From contig CAZHWT010000001.1 of the NCBI GenBank assembly GCA_964536215.1, positions 15,671 through 79,670 of the forward strand: a DNA stretch of 64,000 nt, read 5' to 3'. The position numbers and the translations under genes were made by a program. The notes below the pieces were generated by a model. It was not told where the DNA came from and did no database searches. It saw only the letters and a list, made by a program, of their open reading frames with translations. Origin of the DNA: an uncultured Candidatus Saccharibacteria bacterium (lineage in GTDB: Bacteria; Patescibacteriota; CAZHWT01). Below, one piece after another: positions 18,238 through 27,404 of the stretch (its first letter is position 1; every line of letters starts with the position of its first letter).

Positions 18238-20187
18238 TTACCACTGCTCCTGCCAGTGGAAATCTGTTCCGCCGCCGCCGTTTAGGAGTCGGGCTAATCC
18301 CTGATTAGCTAGATATTGTGATGGGAACGAAATTACCTCGGCCGGGGTAGTACTGTTATTTGGATTACCCTTGCGACCCAAGTCGCGACCTAAACTTACC
18401 CCTCCTAACCCAATTAACGCGCCAGTGTGAGTGAGGACGGTGCTAGAGGCGCCGGTGTTAATGGTTTTAGCAGCGATAATGATACCGGCGGAAAATTCTA
18501 CTGAAGGCTGGTAGATAACATCGCCAGTAACTAGGAATACAACGGCAGTTTGAGGGTTGAGTGCAAATCTACTATTAATAGCTAAATCGCCGTTAATAAT
18601 AATAACAGCGTTGTAGACACCGGCCTGGAAGCCAGCCGTAAGGGTATTGGAGTCAATGGTAAACTTACCGTCAAAGCCATAAATACCGCTACTACTCGGC
18701 AGGCGACCAGCGGTCAATGGTTGAGCTTTGCGCTGCAGTTTGTCAAGCTGAGGAATGTAGGTTTTAAGCCCGCTAATTGGCGCCATGGGGGCAGGATAAC
18801 GGGTAATGTACCAGGCTTGGGGCGAAACAAGGCCACTAATAGAGTCGCCACTGCCCGTAGCCACGACGCCATCGGCGCTATATTGACCATCTGGAACAAG
18901 GCCGGGAATACTTATGGAGCCGGCCGAATAAACGTCGCCGCCGGTTAAGCGAACCCAAGCACCAAAAATTGCATAATCAGGACTTTTGCTTTCGGAACCG
19001 GCCACGTCGTTGATGCGAAAGTGCACTTCTGGCCGAGTAGCTTTGGCGCTATTGCCGAAGTCGTATGAGTTAATAGTTACTTTGACATACCCGGTATATC
19101 CAGCCGGTGCAGGTTGGCCGTTGTCCAACCTCGTTACCGATGAAACATTTTGCCAACTAGACCAGCAGTCGCATCCGTCCTTATCAAAGGATTGAAATTG
19201 GGCGGTGGTTGGATCAATGCCCGAAGTAACGTCTCTGACGCTTACCCACATTGCGTACGAGTGATTGTTGCCGCTAGTGCTGTAGTCAAAGTTGCGCCAA
19301 TCTTGGGGGGCAACGGTATCAATCTTGACCGGACCGTACGTATGCTGAGGCTCAACGTTACCAGCATTGTCCTCAGAATAATAGTTAAATGAATGAACGC
19401 CGTTATCAACTAAGGAAAACTGGGTGACATTGCCGTTACTCGCATTTAAACTGGCGCCGTCAAAGAAAGCGATACCCAATCCGGCTTTGTCGCCTAATTT
19501 TAAATAAATCTGGTCATACCCACTGGGGACAGTAAACTCAACATTGAGTAGTCGCCAATCCCAGTCTCCTACAACTTTTTCACTAGCTTGGACCAAGATA
19601 TCGGGCAAACTGCTAGAGCTATCGGCCGCCCAAACCTCCATCCAGGCACCCGGACTACCGATGTTTAATGTTTTTACCCAACTGCTGGCAGTATACGTTT
19701 TTCCAGCTTGCACCTGGCTGGCGTAATTAACGTTGGTCCAGTATTGGTATTGTGAAAGAATGGAGAGAACGGCGGCTGAGCCATAATCATATTTTGATGG
19801 GGTACTTGTTTGGTAAAGAAATCCAAAGCCACTGTCAACCCTATCCCAGTTGGTGATGCCAAAAAAGTTGCCGTTTTCGAATGAAGGATTGAGGATGGAA
19901 TTAGTGGTCCCGGTTATTTTTCTCGTAATAGGGGAGAGTGAGTCGATTTGATAGGTGGTCGAAGCTACGCCACTTTCCAAGTCTTTAGCTTGCAAACTCA
20001 CGTCAACCGTGGAGGTATACCAATCATTGTTGCCGACGGTTCCGTCCAGGCGGAGTAGGGTGGTAGCGGGCGGCGTTTTCTCTCCAGCCGCTGCAACCTG
20101 ATGTGGCGCAATTGCGGCTGCTGCGCCAATAATAACAGTAAAAATAAACAGGCGAATCATAGGTATAGCTGCAGCCAAGCCTACCAT
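18238..20187 (-). CDS. Large secreted protein with CBM-like (NPSFENGNF...) and Ig-like domains. Putative pilus-associated adhesin.
   Basis: Signal peptide. GNNDWYTSTVDVSL Ig-like motif. Carbohydrate-binding-module-like segment. Located between the minor pilins and pilM. Confidence 0.4.
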   Translation of the reverse strand: MVGLAAAIPMIRLFIFTVIIGAAAAIAPHQVAAAGEKTPPATTLLRLDGTVGNNDWYTSTVDVSLQAKDLESGVASTTYQIDSLSPITRKITGTTNSILNPSFENGNFFGITNWDRVDSGFGFLYQTSTPSKYDYGSAAVLSILSQYQYWTNVNYASQVQAGKTYTASSWVKTLNIGSPGAWMEVWAADSSSSLPDILVQASEKVVGDWDWRLLNVEFTVPSGYDQIYLKLGDKAGLGIAFFDGASLNASNGNVTQFSLVDNGVHSFNYYSEDNAGNVEPQHTYGPVKIDTVAPQDWRNFDYSTSGNNHSYAMWVSVRDVTSGIDPTTAQFQSFDKDGCDCWSSWQNVSSVTRLDNGQPAPAGYTGYVKVTINSYDFGNSAKATRPEVHFRINDVAGSESKSPDYAIFGAWVRLTGGDVYSAGSISIPGLVPDGQYSADGVVATGSGDSISGLVSPQAWYITRYPAPMAPISGLKTYIPQLDKLQRKAQPLTAGRLPSSSGIYGFDGKFTIDSNTLTAGFQAGVYNAVIIINGDLAINSRFALNPQTAVVFLVTGDVIYQPSVEFSAGIIIAAKTINTGASSTVLTHTGALIGLGGVSLGRDLGRKGNPNNSTTPAEVISFPSQYLANQGLARLLNGGGGTDFHWQEQW

Positions 20188-20197
20188 TCTTGTCAGA

Positions 20198-21169
20198 CTA
20201 CTTAGTCAGTGGGTTAGTGGAGCCGTTAAACAAGGCGTAATCAAAAATGGCTGGCAGAGTAGCATTGGAGCGAACAACTTTGACGGTCCGCTGGTTTTCT
20301 CCAGCTACGGCTGTCGAGGTAATCTCTTGACCCTGCGGAGGGAGAACGTGGCCGCCAACTGGCTGAATGGCAATTTGCTCGGTATCATCGCCGTACATAA
20401 GGCGAATACGGGCCAGCTTTAGGTTGACGCCAGTTGGTAAGTTGATGGTCTTCTTAAACTTATAGTTACCCCGATGGCTACCATCCTGAGTAACCAAATA
20501 AGTGCCGTGTGGATACACGGGTGGGTTATCTATGCCACTGTTGTCGAATCCATTTTGACGGCCAGCATTGGTACATTTATCATAAGCCTGTTTATCCATA
20601 CCATATTTGCCGCTTGAATCGGTATAAATAATACTCACAACAATGGCCGCGGTATGTTGCCCGCTATTGTCGCATGCCCCACCACTATCAAGAGTATCCC
20701 AGAAAATATCTAGTTTATTGCCAGCGTACTTGACTGTATTGCCGTCTGCATCTTGGCTTTCTAGGCTAACTTGAATGACGTCATCGCGCTTAACATCTTG
20801 GAGGCCAAAGGCGTCTGTGGTGCCACCAATAATTTTAGCCGTAACTTTGACAGAATCTACACCGTCAATTTGCAATTTATTGTTATCACTATCAACAAAA
20901 CAACCTTCTGTAGTTTGGCAGGCGGCTGGATCTACATTTAGCTTGCCTAGAGCCACCTCAATGCCCGCCTCAGCAGCGCTAAAAGCCCGGTTGGATTGGT
21001 TAAGGTGGGTAGTATCACGGAGGTTGGAGAGTGTGCGCGAAGCAACAGACAGGCCAATACTCATTCCCACCAGAACAACCAGTAATACGAGAACCAAGAT
21101 CTGTCCGGAGGAAGATGACTGACGTGACATAGTAGTATGATTATGCATGCCTGCTAAAGGCATTGTCAA
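20198..21169 (-). CDS. PilX-like minor pilin (N-terminal hydrophobic helix without Glu5)
   Basis: SSGQILVLVLLVVLVGMSIGLSVASRTL N-terminus typical of PilX_N. 323 aa. Confidence 0.45.
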   Translation of the reverse strand: MTMPLAGMHNHTTMSRQSSSSGQILVLVLLVVLVGMSIGLSVASRTLSNLRDTTHLNQSNRAFSAAEAGIEVALGKLNVDPAACQTTEGCFVDSDNNKLQIDGVDSVKVTAKIIGGTTDAFGLQDVKRDDVIQVSLESQDADGNTVKYAGNKLDIFWDTLDSGGACDNSGQHTAAIVVSIIYTDSSGKYGMDKQAYDKCTNAGRQNGFDNSGIDNPPVYPHGTYLVTQDGSHRGNYKFKKTINLPTGVNLKLARIRLMYGDDTEQIAIQPVGGHVLPPQGQEITSTAVAGENQRTVKVVRSNATLPAIFDYALFNGSTNPLTK

Positions 21170-21181
21170 ACGTGGAGCAGA

Positions 21182-21793
21182 TTACCTGGTGTAGCTGCGC
21201 AATGAAATGCTGGTAATAAACGGTACTTTAATCCGCTTAGCTCGCTGCTGTGCGTCCGCACTCCAGCCGTCAAAGAGATTGAGAGAGACGGTCACATGGT
21301 CGGGTGAAACCTTGGACTCGACAACGTCGAACATGGGCGTGCCAGAAATGGCCTCAACGCTAATACTGCCAGGCCCGTCCGAGGTAAACAGTTCATGCTT
21401 ATCGCCGCAGGAAGTACCGTCATTTCGATACGACTGAACCCAAAGTTTGCCGTTACCGCCATCGGGCTTATTGTAATAATAGTCAACGAGCTGACACCCA
21501 CCATTAGAGTTATATTCAATCGAATCGGTCGGAATAGTTAAATGCAGACAAGCATCGTTAGCTTCCTTACAATTAGTATTTTCGACCACAATAGCGCTGC
21601 GAACACTGCGCTCCAGCCGCTCAAACACAGCCGACCCTTCGGATTGTAGTCTATTAATAGTGTTGGCCTTTACCACCGCTCCGTTAATAATGGCGTAAAG
21701 AGAGATGCCAATTCCAGACATAATACCCAATAGGGCCACGGAGACAAGGATTTCGATGAGGGTAAAGCCAGAGGTTGAGTGTTTTTTATTCAT
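21182..21793 (-). CDS. Type IV pilin-like protein (prepilin motif G|FTLIEILV). Start at ATG 21793 (MNKKHSTSG...).
   Basis: Class III signal peptide with Glu at +5. The ORF-track N-terminal extension is rejected because it overlaps the upstream gene. Confidence 0.6.
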   Translation of the reverse strand: MNKKHSTSGFTLIEILVSVALLGIMSGIGISLYAIINGAVVKANTINRLQSEGSAVFERLERSVRSAIVVENTNCKEANDACLHLTIPTDSIEYNSNGGCQLVDYYYNKPDGGNGKLWVQSYRNDGTSCGDKHELFTSDGPGSISVEAISGTPMFDVVESKVSPDHVTVSLNLFDGWSADAQQRAKRIKVPFITSISLRSYTR

Positions 21794-21794
21794 G

Positions 21795-22352
21795 TTATTG
21801 CCAATCAGAGAGTATAGTTTGGTTGATGAGTCGTCGCGGAGCAGCACTTGTGCCATAGCAAATCACGGCTGAAGCCTCAACTTTGGTGCCATCCGCTAGT
21901 CGGTGCATGACAATTTCGCGGTAAAAATTTGACGAATCTGGGATTTTGTAAGCGCTACTGCTACGAATTTGGCTGCAGCGGTCTTTTCCAGCATCTGAGG
22001 CTGACAGGTTGCCTTTATATTCTAGCGTTGGGTCGCCAGAAGCGTCATTTAAGACATAATGCCGATATGTATCTACCTGCAGCACGGTCGGCGACGCATT
22101 AGACGACTCCAGCAACTTATTCCAGGTATTCTTGTCGCGAATTACTCGCAATGTTTCGATAGCCTGGCGAGAGTATTGGTCGGCAATAGCCTGATTGCGC
22201 GACTCATTAACCGCGTTGAGTGAGGCATTTGTGACTACAACTAATGCCACAATAGCAATACTCACAATAGCAATGGCTAAGACAACCTCTAGCAAGGATA
22301 ATCCTTGCTGGCTAGAAGTACGTGACGTGGACGTTAAGTGTAATTGCTTCAT
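21795..22352 (-). CDS. Type IV minor pilin-like protein (QQG|LSLLEVVLAIAIV)
   Basis: Prepilin-type N-terminal cleavage/methylation motif with Glu5. Confidence 0.55.
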   Translation of the reverse strand: MKQLHLTSTSRTSSQQGLSLLEVVLAIAIVSIAIVALVVVTNASLNAVNESRNQAIADQYSRQAIETLRVIRDKNTWNKLLESSNASPTVLQVDTYRHYVLNDASGDPTLEYKGNLSASDAGKDRCSQIRSSSAYKIPDSSNFYREIVMHRLADGTKVEASAVICYGTSAAPRRLINQTILSDWQ

Positions 22353-22355
22353 ATA

Positions 22356-23102
22356 CTAACAGGCCTGGACTCTCAGGGTGGTTCGAGATATATATAAGCA
22401 TTGGTAAATAGTGGTCCAAAAAGCCTTTGATTGAAATTTTAAAATGGTATGTCCAGCACTTGGAAGATTGGTCCGACCCGTTACTGTATCGTACGTAATA
22501 CCTTCTTCTGCTACTTTAAAGCCAGTGTATGAGCTGTCTTCACCATCTGCCTTCATAATTTTAATTGAGGAGTTAAAATCTCTAGTAATAATTGGATCTG
22601 GAGTAGGATTGGTTTTGCAGGCCGTAACGCCATCAGCGGCGGTGGCGCGCCACTCGGGAACAACCTGGTAGCCAGTATACGCATAGGGGTCGCCAGTGCT
22701 AATGAGGCTAAAGGCGTAGTCATTGATATAGGTAGTGTCACCGTCACAGTCACTGGATAATTCATCTGGGTTTTTACTGGCATCAGCTTGGTCTTGATAG
22801 TTTGAGAGGGCTCTAGCTCTGGCTGTTTTTATGTCGCTAGCCATTTGATTGGCAGCATTGGACAATTGCTGGTGTTGATAGATGCCAAAGAGACTAGGAA
22901 TAGCTATGGCAGCTACGATGCCCATAATGGCAATAGCCACCAATAACTCAAGCAGCGTAAACCCAGCCGGGGGCGAAGTCGAGCAACGATCTGGCTTGCT
23001 TGAACGATGAAGCTTGGCGATTGCTACGATCGACGCAGTTTGCTTCTGATGCTTTTGTATCCGTATCCTGACATTCAATTGATGGGCAGTTAGAATTTTC
23101 AT
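22356..23102 (-). CDS. Type IV pilin-like protein with unusually long basic leader (MKILTAHQLNVRIRIQKHQKQ...PPAG|FTLLELLVAIAIMGI)
   Basis: Canonical G|FTLLEL motif ~46 aa after the first in-frame ATG. ATG 23102 overlaps the pilD stop. The ORF-track extension to 23477 is spurious. Confidence 0.5.
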   Translation of the reverse strand: MKILTAHQLNVRIRIQKHQKQTASIVAIAKLHRSSKPDRCSTSPPAGFTLLELLVAIAIMGIVAAIAIPSLFGIYQHQQLSNAANQMASDIKTARARALSNYQDQADASKNPDELSSDCDGDTTYINDYAFSLISTGDPYAYTGYQVVPEWRATAADGVTACKTNPTPDPIITRDFNSSIKIMKADGEDSSYTGFKVAEEGITYDTVTGRTNLPSAGHTILKFQSKAFWTTIYQCLYISRTTLRVQAC

Positions 23103-23971
23103 AGCAATAGCTGTTGATACCAGGTTGCAATTATGGGCGTTAACCAGAGCGAAAGCAGTGTGCCGACGACCAAAAAGGGGCCAAAGGGGATTGTCTGGCC
23201 GAATGTTTTTTGCTTGGCTGCTAACAGAAGCAATGATAGCACGGCGCCCAAAATAAAGGCAAGATAAATAGCTACAATAATAGCCGGATATCCCAGAAAG
23301 AGGCCCATTAAAAGTGCTAACTTGACATCTCCCAGCCCCATGCCTGGTTTGTGGAGGATTTTTTCCGACCCCCAGACGATGATTAGGAAGAATAGCGCGG
23401 CGGATAGTCCGCTGACCAAAGTAGGCGAGTAGGTGAGTAGGTGAGTAGGTGAGTCCAGGCTGGCTAAGGGTTGCCATGTAAGGGGTTGTTGTAAGATTGC
23501 GGCTAGTATCGCCATGACTAAAGTTAAAGCTGCACCACCTAGGGTCCAGATATCAGGCAAATAGCCCCAGCGAAGGTCGTAGACGAACAGAGCGATGAGT
23601 AACGCAGTCATAACCCAAACGAATACTAGTGTGGCGATTTGCCAAGCGTCTAGCGTGTAGCGTGTAGCGTCTAGTCCATACATATACACAAAGCTAGTCA
23701 CAAAACTAAAGGCAGTTGTTAGCTCGATAGCTATATATTGAGGTGAGATTTTTTTATGACAATACCGGCAGCGGCCGCCTAAGAGAAGGTAGGAAATAAC
23801 CGGAATAAGGTCGAGAGGAGAGAGGGTATGCTGACAATGAGGGCAGACAGAGTGTTTCTCTAGCATGGAGCGGTCATTATAGACTCGCCAAATCCAAGCA
23901 GTTAAGAAACTACCAATCATAGCTCCAAGAATAGCAACAAAAATTATGGTAGCGATGAGGATAAGAAGCAT
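23099..23971 (-). CDS. pilD: Prepilin peptidase (A24 family) PilD, with in-frame tandem-repeat insertions
   Basis: N-terminal CxxC...CxxC zinc-binding domain (CPHCQH...CRYCHKK). Eight TM helices. Repeats GTAGGTGA x4 (23421-23460) and TAGCGTG x3 (23641-23670) are read in frame. Confidence 0.8.
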   Translation of the reverse strand: MLLILIATIIFVAILGAMIGSFLTAWIWRVYNDRSMLEKHSVCPHCQHTLSPLDLIPVISYLLLGGRCRYCHKKISPQYIAIELTTAFSFVTSFVYMYGLDATRYTLDAWQIATLVFVWVMTALLIALFVYDLRWGYLPDIWTLGGAALTLVMAILAAILQQPLTWQPLASLDSPTHLLTYSPTLVSGLSAALFFLIIVWGSEKILHKPGMGLGDVKLALLMGLFLGYPAIIVAIYLAFILGAVLSLLLLAAKQKTFGQTIPFGPFLVVGTLLSLWLTPIIATWYQQLLL

Positions 23972-24170
23972 ATAGTGCTCAGAGTACTGCGATTAATGTT
24001 TTTGCTACTTTACAGAGATAAAAACTGATACGTACGTACACGTATATGTACCTACAATTTTCTATTTTCTATTTTCTATTTTCTATTTTCTATAAATAGC
24101 CTACCAGGCAGGCACTAAAAAAGAAAGCGCCCGAAGGCGCCTTCTTTAAGGTAAAGGACTGCTAAGTCTT

Positions 24171-24683
24171 TTACTTAGGAAGATGGAAAGTTGTACCTTC
24201 CGTAGGAGCATCAGCCGCAGCTGGAGCTGCCCCACACTTGTACCAAGTTTGCCCTAAGCTGGTGTAATACGCAATGTACACATCGCCAGAACATTTAGTC
24301 GAGAACGCGGCTTTAGCGCTCTGAGAGGCCAAGGTGCCGTAGTAGATCAAGTCAGCGCCAGACGAAACTACGATTGGGGTGATGGTCGATCCAGGAGCTT
24401 GCTTGAGGAACCCTCCACCAACGAGACCTGACGTTGAGTCACCAATAGATTGGCAAGATGTTGCATACGTTGTACCACCACCTGTTGAGGTGTAACAAGT
24501 TTCAACAGCAGTTGCTACCTGACCAAGATCACTCTTTACCTTAGAATCGTTGGCCTCGTTTATACGCTCGGCTGGGTTAATGGCGACCAAAACAACAGCG
24601 GCCAAAATACCGATAATGGCGATAACGACCAATAATTCGATAAGGGTGAAACCTTTTTGAATTGATTTATACATGGGTTTCAC
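24171..24683 (-). CDS. pilA: Type IV major pilin PilA
   Basis: MKPMYKSIQKG|FTLIELLVVIAIIGILAAV classic prepilin N-terminus. 170 aa. Confidence 0.8.
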   Translation of the reverse strand: MKPMYKSIQKGFTLIELLVVIAIIGILAAVVLVAINPAERINEANDSKVKSDLGQVATAVETCYTSTGGGTTYATSCQSIGDSTSGLVGGGFLKQAPGSTITPIVVSSGADLIYYGTLASQSAKAAFSTKCSGDVYIAYYTSLGQTWYKCGAAPAAADAPTEGTTFHLPK

Positions 24684-24858
24684 CTCCCTTCACAAAAGCA
24701 AAGATGTATCCGGATGGACATCTTTGCTGGTGTTTTAGATAAGTAAGAGAGAAAAATGCAGGGCAGGGCATAGGTGGTTAGTGGTGGGTAGCGTGTGGTG
24801 AGTAGGTAATAATAGTATTATCTTTTACTATACTGCACCCAATGGAATCGGGCAAGCA

Positions 24859-26064
24859 TTATCCAATACTTCCCAGTACGCCATAGATAGGCAAGAGTAA
24901 GGCGAAGATTAAGAAACCGACACAAACACCCAGCACAATCATAATAATTGGCTCTAGGGCGGTTGATAAGTTTTTCACAGTGTTATTCGTTTCCTCTTCA
25001 AAGGTGTGGCCAACTTTAAGCAAGACCTCGTCCAGCTTACCCGTCTTTTCGCCAATCGAGGTCATTTGGTTAACTAGTCGGGGGAAGATAGGCTGGCGTT
25101 CAAAGGCCGTCGCTAGTGCCGCCCCTTTTTCGACCGATTGAGCAATGCTGGCGGCAGCCTCCTGGAAACGAATATTGGTTAACGTCTCTTTAGAAATATC
25201 CAGAGCATCAAGAATTGGCACACCAGAGCTAATTAGAAGCGCCAGCGTGTCAATAAATTGCGTTAGCTGGACTAAGTGATTTAATTTGCCAAAAATCGGC
25301 ACTTTAGCAAATGTGTCAGAAATGACATACTTACCCTTAAGCGTAGAGGCAAACCAGCGATAGGCCGCAATTACTCCTACAATAAGTAGAATCATAATGT
25401 ACCACTGGCTGGTAAATAGATTTGAAATGCCAACTAAAATGAGGGTGCTTAGGGGTAGATCAACATCCAAACTCTCATAAACCTGCTTCATTTGCGGAAT
25501 AACAAAGACCATCATAACGGCCATAACACCGGCCATGGCAATCAAAATGATAATTGGGTAAATTAGGGCACCTTTAACCTTGGCTCTGAATTCGGCCTGG
25601 CTTTCTAAGGAATCAGCCAGCTTAACTAAAATTTTATCTAGATTACCCGATGCTTCACCGGCCTTAATTAAGCTGATATACAAACGAGGGAAGATTTGCG
25701 GATACTTTTCCAGCGAGCGAGAGAATGACAAGCCACCATCAATATCCCGAACTATTTCTTCAAGGGTTTTTTTGAAAAAGCCAGGCTTTAGCTGAGCGGC
25801 TAACACTTCCAAAGCCTGGGTTAGAGGTAAGCCGGCATTTACCATTGTGGCCAACTGTCGTGTTGTGGTTGACAGCACCTTACCGGACACCTTATTAGCG
25901 CCCAGCATGCCCATTATGTCTGTTTGGCGCTTGAGCTCCAGAGAAGTAATTAACAGTTTGCGATTCCGCAGAATATCGGCAGCTTGGTGCTCATCGGCAG
26001 CCTCGATAAGACCCGATGAAGCGGCGCCGGTTTCACTGAGTGCGGTATAACGATATGTAAGCAT
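24859..26064 (-). CDS. pilC: Type IV pilus platform protein PilC (GspF family)
   Basis: Two T2SSF repeats. Three TM segments. 401 aa. Confidence 0.85.
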   Translation of the reverse strand: MLTYRYTALSETGAASSGLIEAADEHQAADILRNRKLLITSLELKRQTDIMGMLGANKVSGKVLSTTTRQLATMVNAGLPLTQALEVLAAQLKPGFFKKTLEEIVRDIDGGLSFSRSLEKYPQIFPRLYISLIKAGEASGNLDKILVKLADSLESQAEFRAKVKGALIYPIIILIAMAGVMAVMMVFVIPQMKQVYESLDVDLPLSTLILVGISNLFTSQWYIMILLIVGVIAAYRWFASTLKGKYVISDTFAKVPIFGKLNHLVQLTQFIDTLALLISSGVPILDALDISKETLTNIRFQEAAASIAQSVEKGAALATAFERQPIFPRLVNQMTSIGEKTGKLDEVLLKVGHTFEEETNNTVKNLSTALEPIIMIVLGVCVGFLIFALLLPIYGVLGSIG

Positions 26065-26082
26065 AATTTTGTGTACTGCCCC

Positions 26083-27186
26083 TTATGCAGTTGGCGTCTG
26101 AGGCTGAGCAGGTTGATTGCGTAGAATGCGATCCAGCTCGCCAGCTCGCAGAGTGTGCTGCTTAGCTTCTTCTAATGATATTTTGCCGGCTTGAATAAGT
26201 GTGGCCAGTGATCGCTCAAGGCTTACCATGCCCTGGTCGCCACCAGTCATCATTAAGTTATCGATTTGATGAGTCTTGCCTTCGCGAATAACTGATCGAA
26301 TACCAGAGTTGATGGCCAAAATTTCTGTCGCCGCTACCCGCCCACCACCTAATGCTGGGATGAGCCGCTGAGAGACAATACCCTCTAACGAGCCGGCTAA
26401 CTGCGCTCGGACTTGGGCTTGCTGATGCTCTGGGAAAACATCGATAACACGGTCGACGGTCTGAGCGGCTGAGTTGGTGTGAAGTGTGGCAAATACTAAG
26501 TGGCCAGTTTCAGCAATGGTTAGCGCCGCAGAAATTGTTTCATAGTCACGCATTTCGCCAACCAGTACTACGTCAGGATCTTCACGCAAAACAGAGCGTA
26601 GGGCAATGTCCCACGAATGCGTATCTAGATGAAGCTCGCGCTGAGTAATGAGTGAGCGGCGATGCGGGTAAACATACTCGATTGGATCTTCAACGGTAAT
26701 AATGTGGGCGGCGCGCGTTTCGTTTATCTGATTAATCATGGCAGCCAACGTGGTCGACTTACCGTGCCCGGTCGGGCCCGTCACTAGCACAAACCCCTGG
26801 GGAAGAGTAGTGAGGCGCTGCACCGCTTGGGGTAAGCCTAACTCCTCTAAGGTACGGATAGTGGTAGGAATGAGTCGCAGGGCGGCTCCCAAATAGCCTT
26901 TTTGATGGTAAATATTGACGCGGAAACGAGCCACTTCACCAAGAGCAAAAGAGAAGTCAACCTCTTTGTTGGAGATGAGAATATCTTTTTGTTCGTCACT
27001 GGTGAGAGAAAACGATAGGTCTTCCAAATCTTTGGCCGTTAACGGATTTAGCCCCTCGATAGCCACCAACGATCCATCAATTCTGACCATTGGGAGAGCG
27101 CCAACCGTTAAGTGCAGGTCGGATGCCTTACGGCGAATTACCTCTTCGAGCAACTGTTGAATTGTGGGAGTAGCTGTGGTCGGCAT
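26083..27186 (-). CDS. pilT: Twitching motility ATPase PilT
   Basis: Walker A GPTGHGKSTTLAAMI. No N-terminal GSPII_E_N extension. 367 aa. Confidence 0.8.
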   Translation of the reverse strand: MPTTATPTIQQLLEEVIRRKASDLHLTVGALPMVRIDGSLVAIEGLNPLTAKDLEDLSFSLTSDEQKDILISNKEVDFSFALGEVARFRVNIYHQKGYLGAALRLIPTTIRTLEELGLPQAVQRLTTLPQGFVLVTGPTGHGKSTTLAAMINQINETRAAHIITVEDPIEYVYPHRRSLITQRELHLDTHSWDIALRSVLREDPDVVLVGEMRDYETISAALTIAETGHLVFATLHTNSAAQTVDRVIDVFPEHQQAQVRAQLAGSLEGIVSQRLIPALGGGRVAATEILAINSGIRSVIREGKTHQIDNLMMTGGDQGMVSLERSLATLIQAGKISLEEAKQHTLRAGELDRILRNQPAQPQTPTA

Positions 27187-27404
27187 AGTTAAATACTTGT
27201 ATTTCCAGTATTACGTATCAAGCAAGCGATTGCAAGCCCTCAGCTGCTGAGGCAGCCGTTATTGGTTACTTTCCGCCAGAGGCGGACAAGAGCTACTTGG
27301 TGACTTGGTTTAACTGGGTGTCGGGTTTCGACAAAGCTATTCGTAGCATTCGTTGTTTGTGGATTCGAATATACATTCGTAATTTGGACGCTACTTATTT
27401 GTCA

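Noticed and set aside
22356-23477. 373-aa ORF call starting MATLSQPGLTYSPTHLL...
   Set aside because: The first 125 codons overlap pilD in another frame and simply read through the GTAGGTGA tandem repeats. The real gene is the pilin-like ORF starting at ATG 23102.
27355-27375. tRNA-like T-loop sequence (ggattcgaat)
   Set aside because: No acceptor stem, no anticodon arm, and no CCA-adjacent structure could be built. A single hexamer match only.
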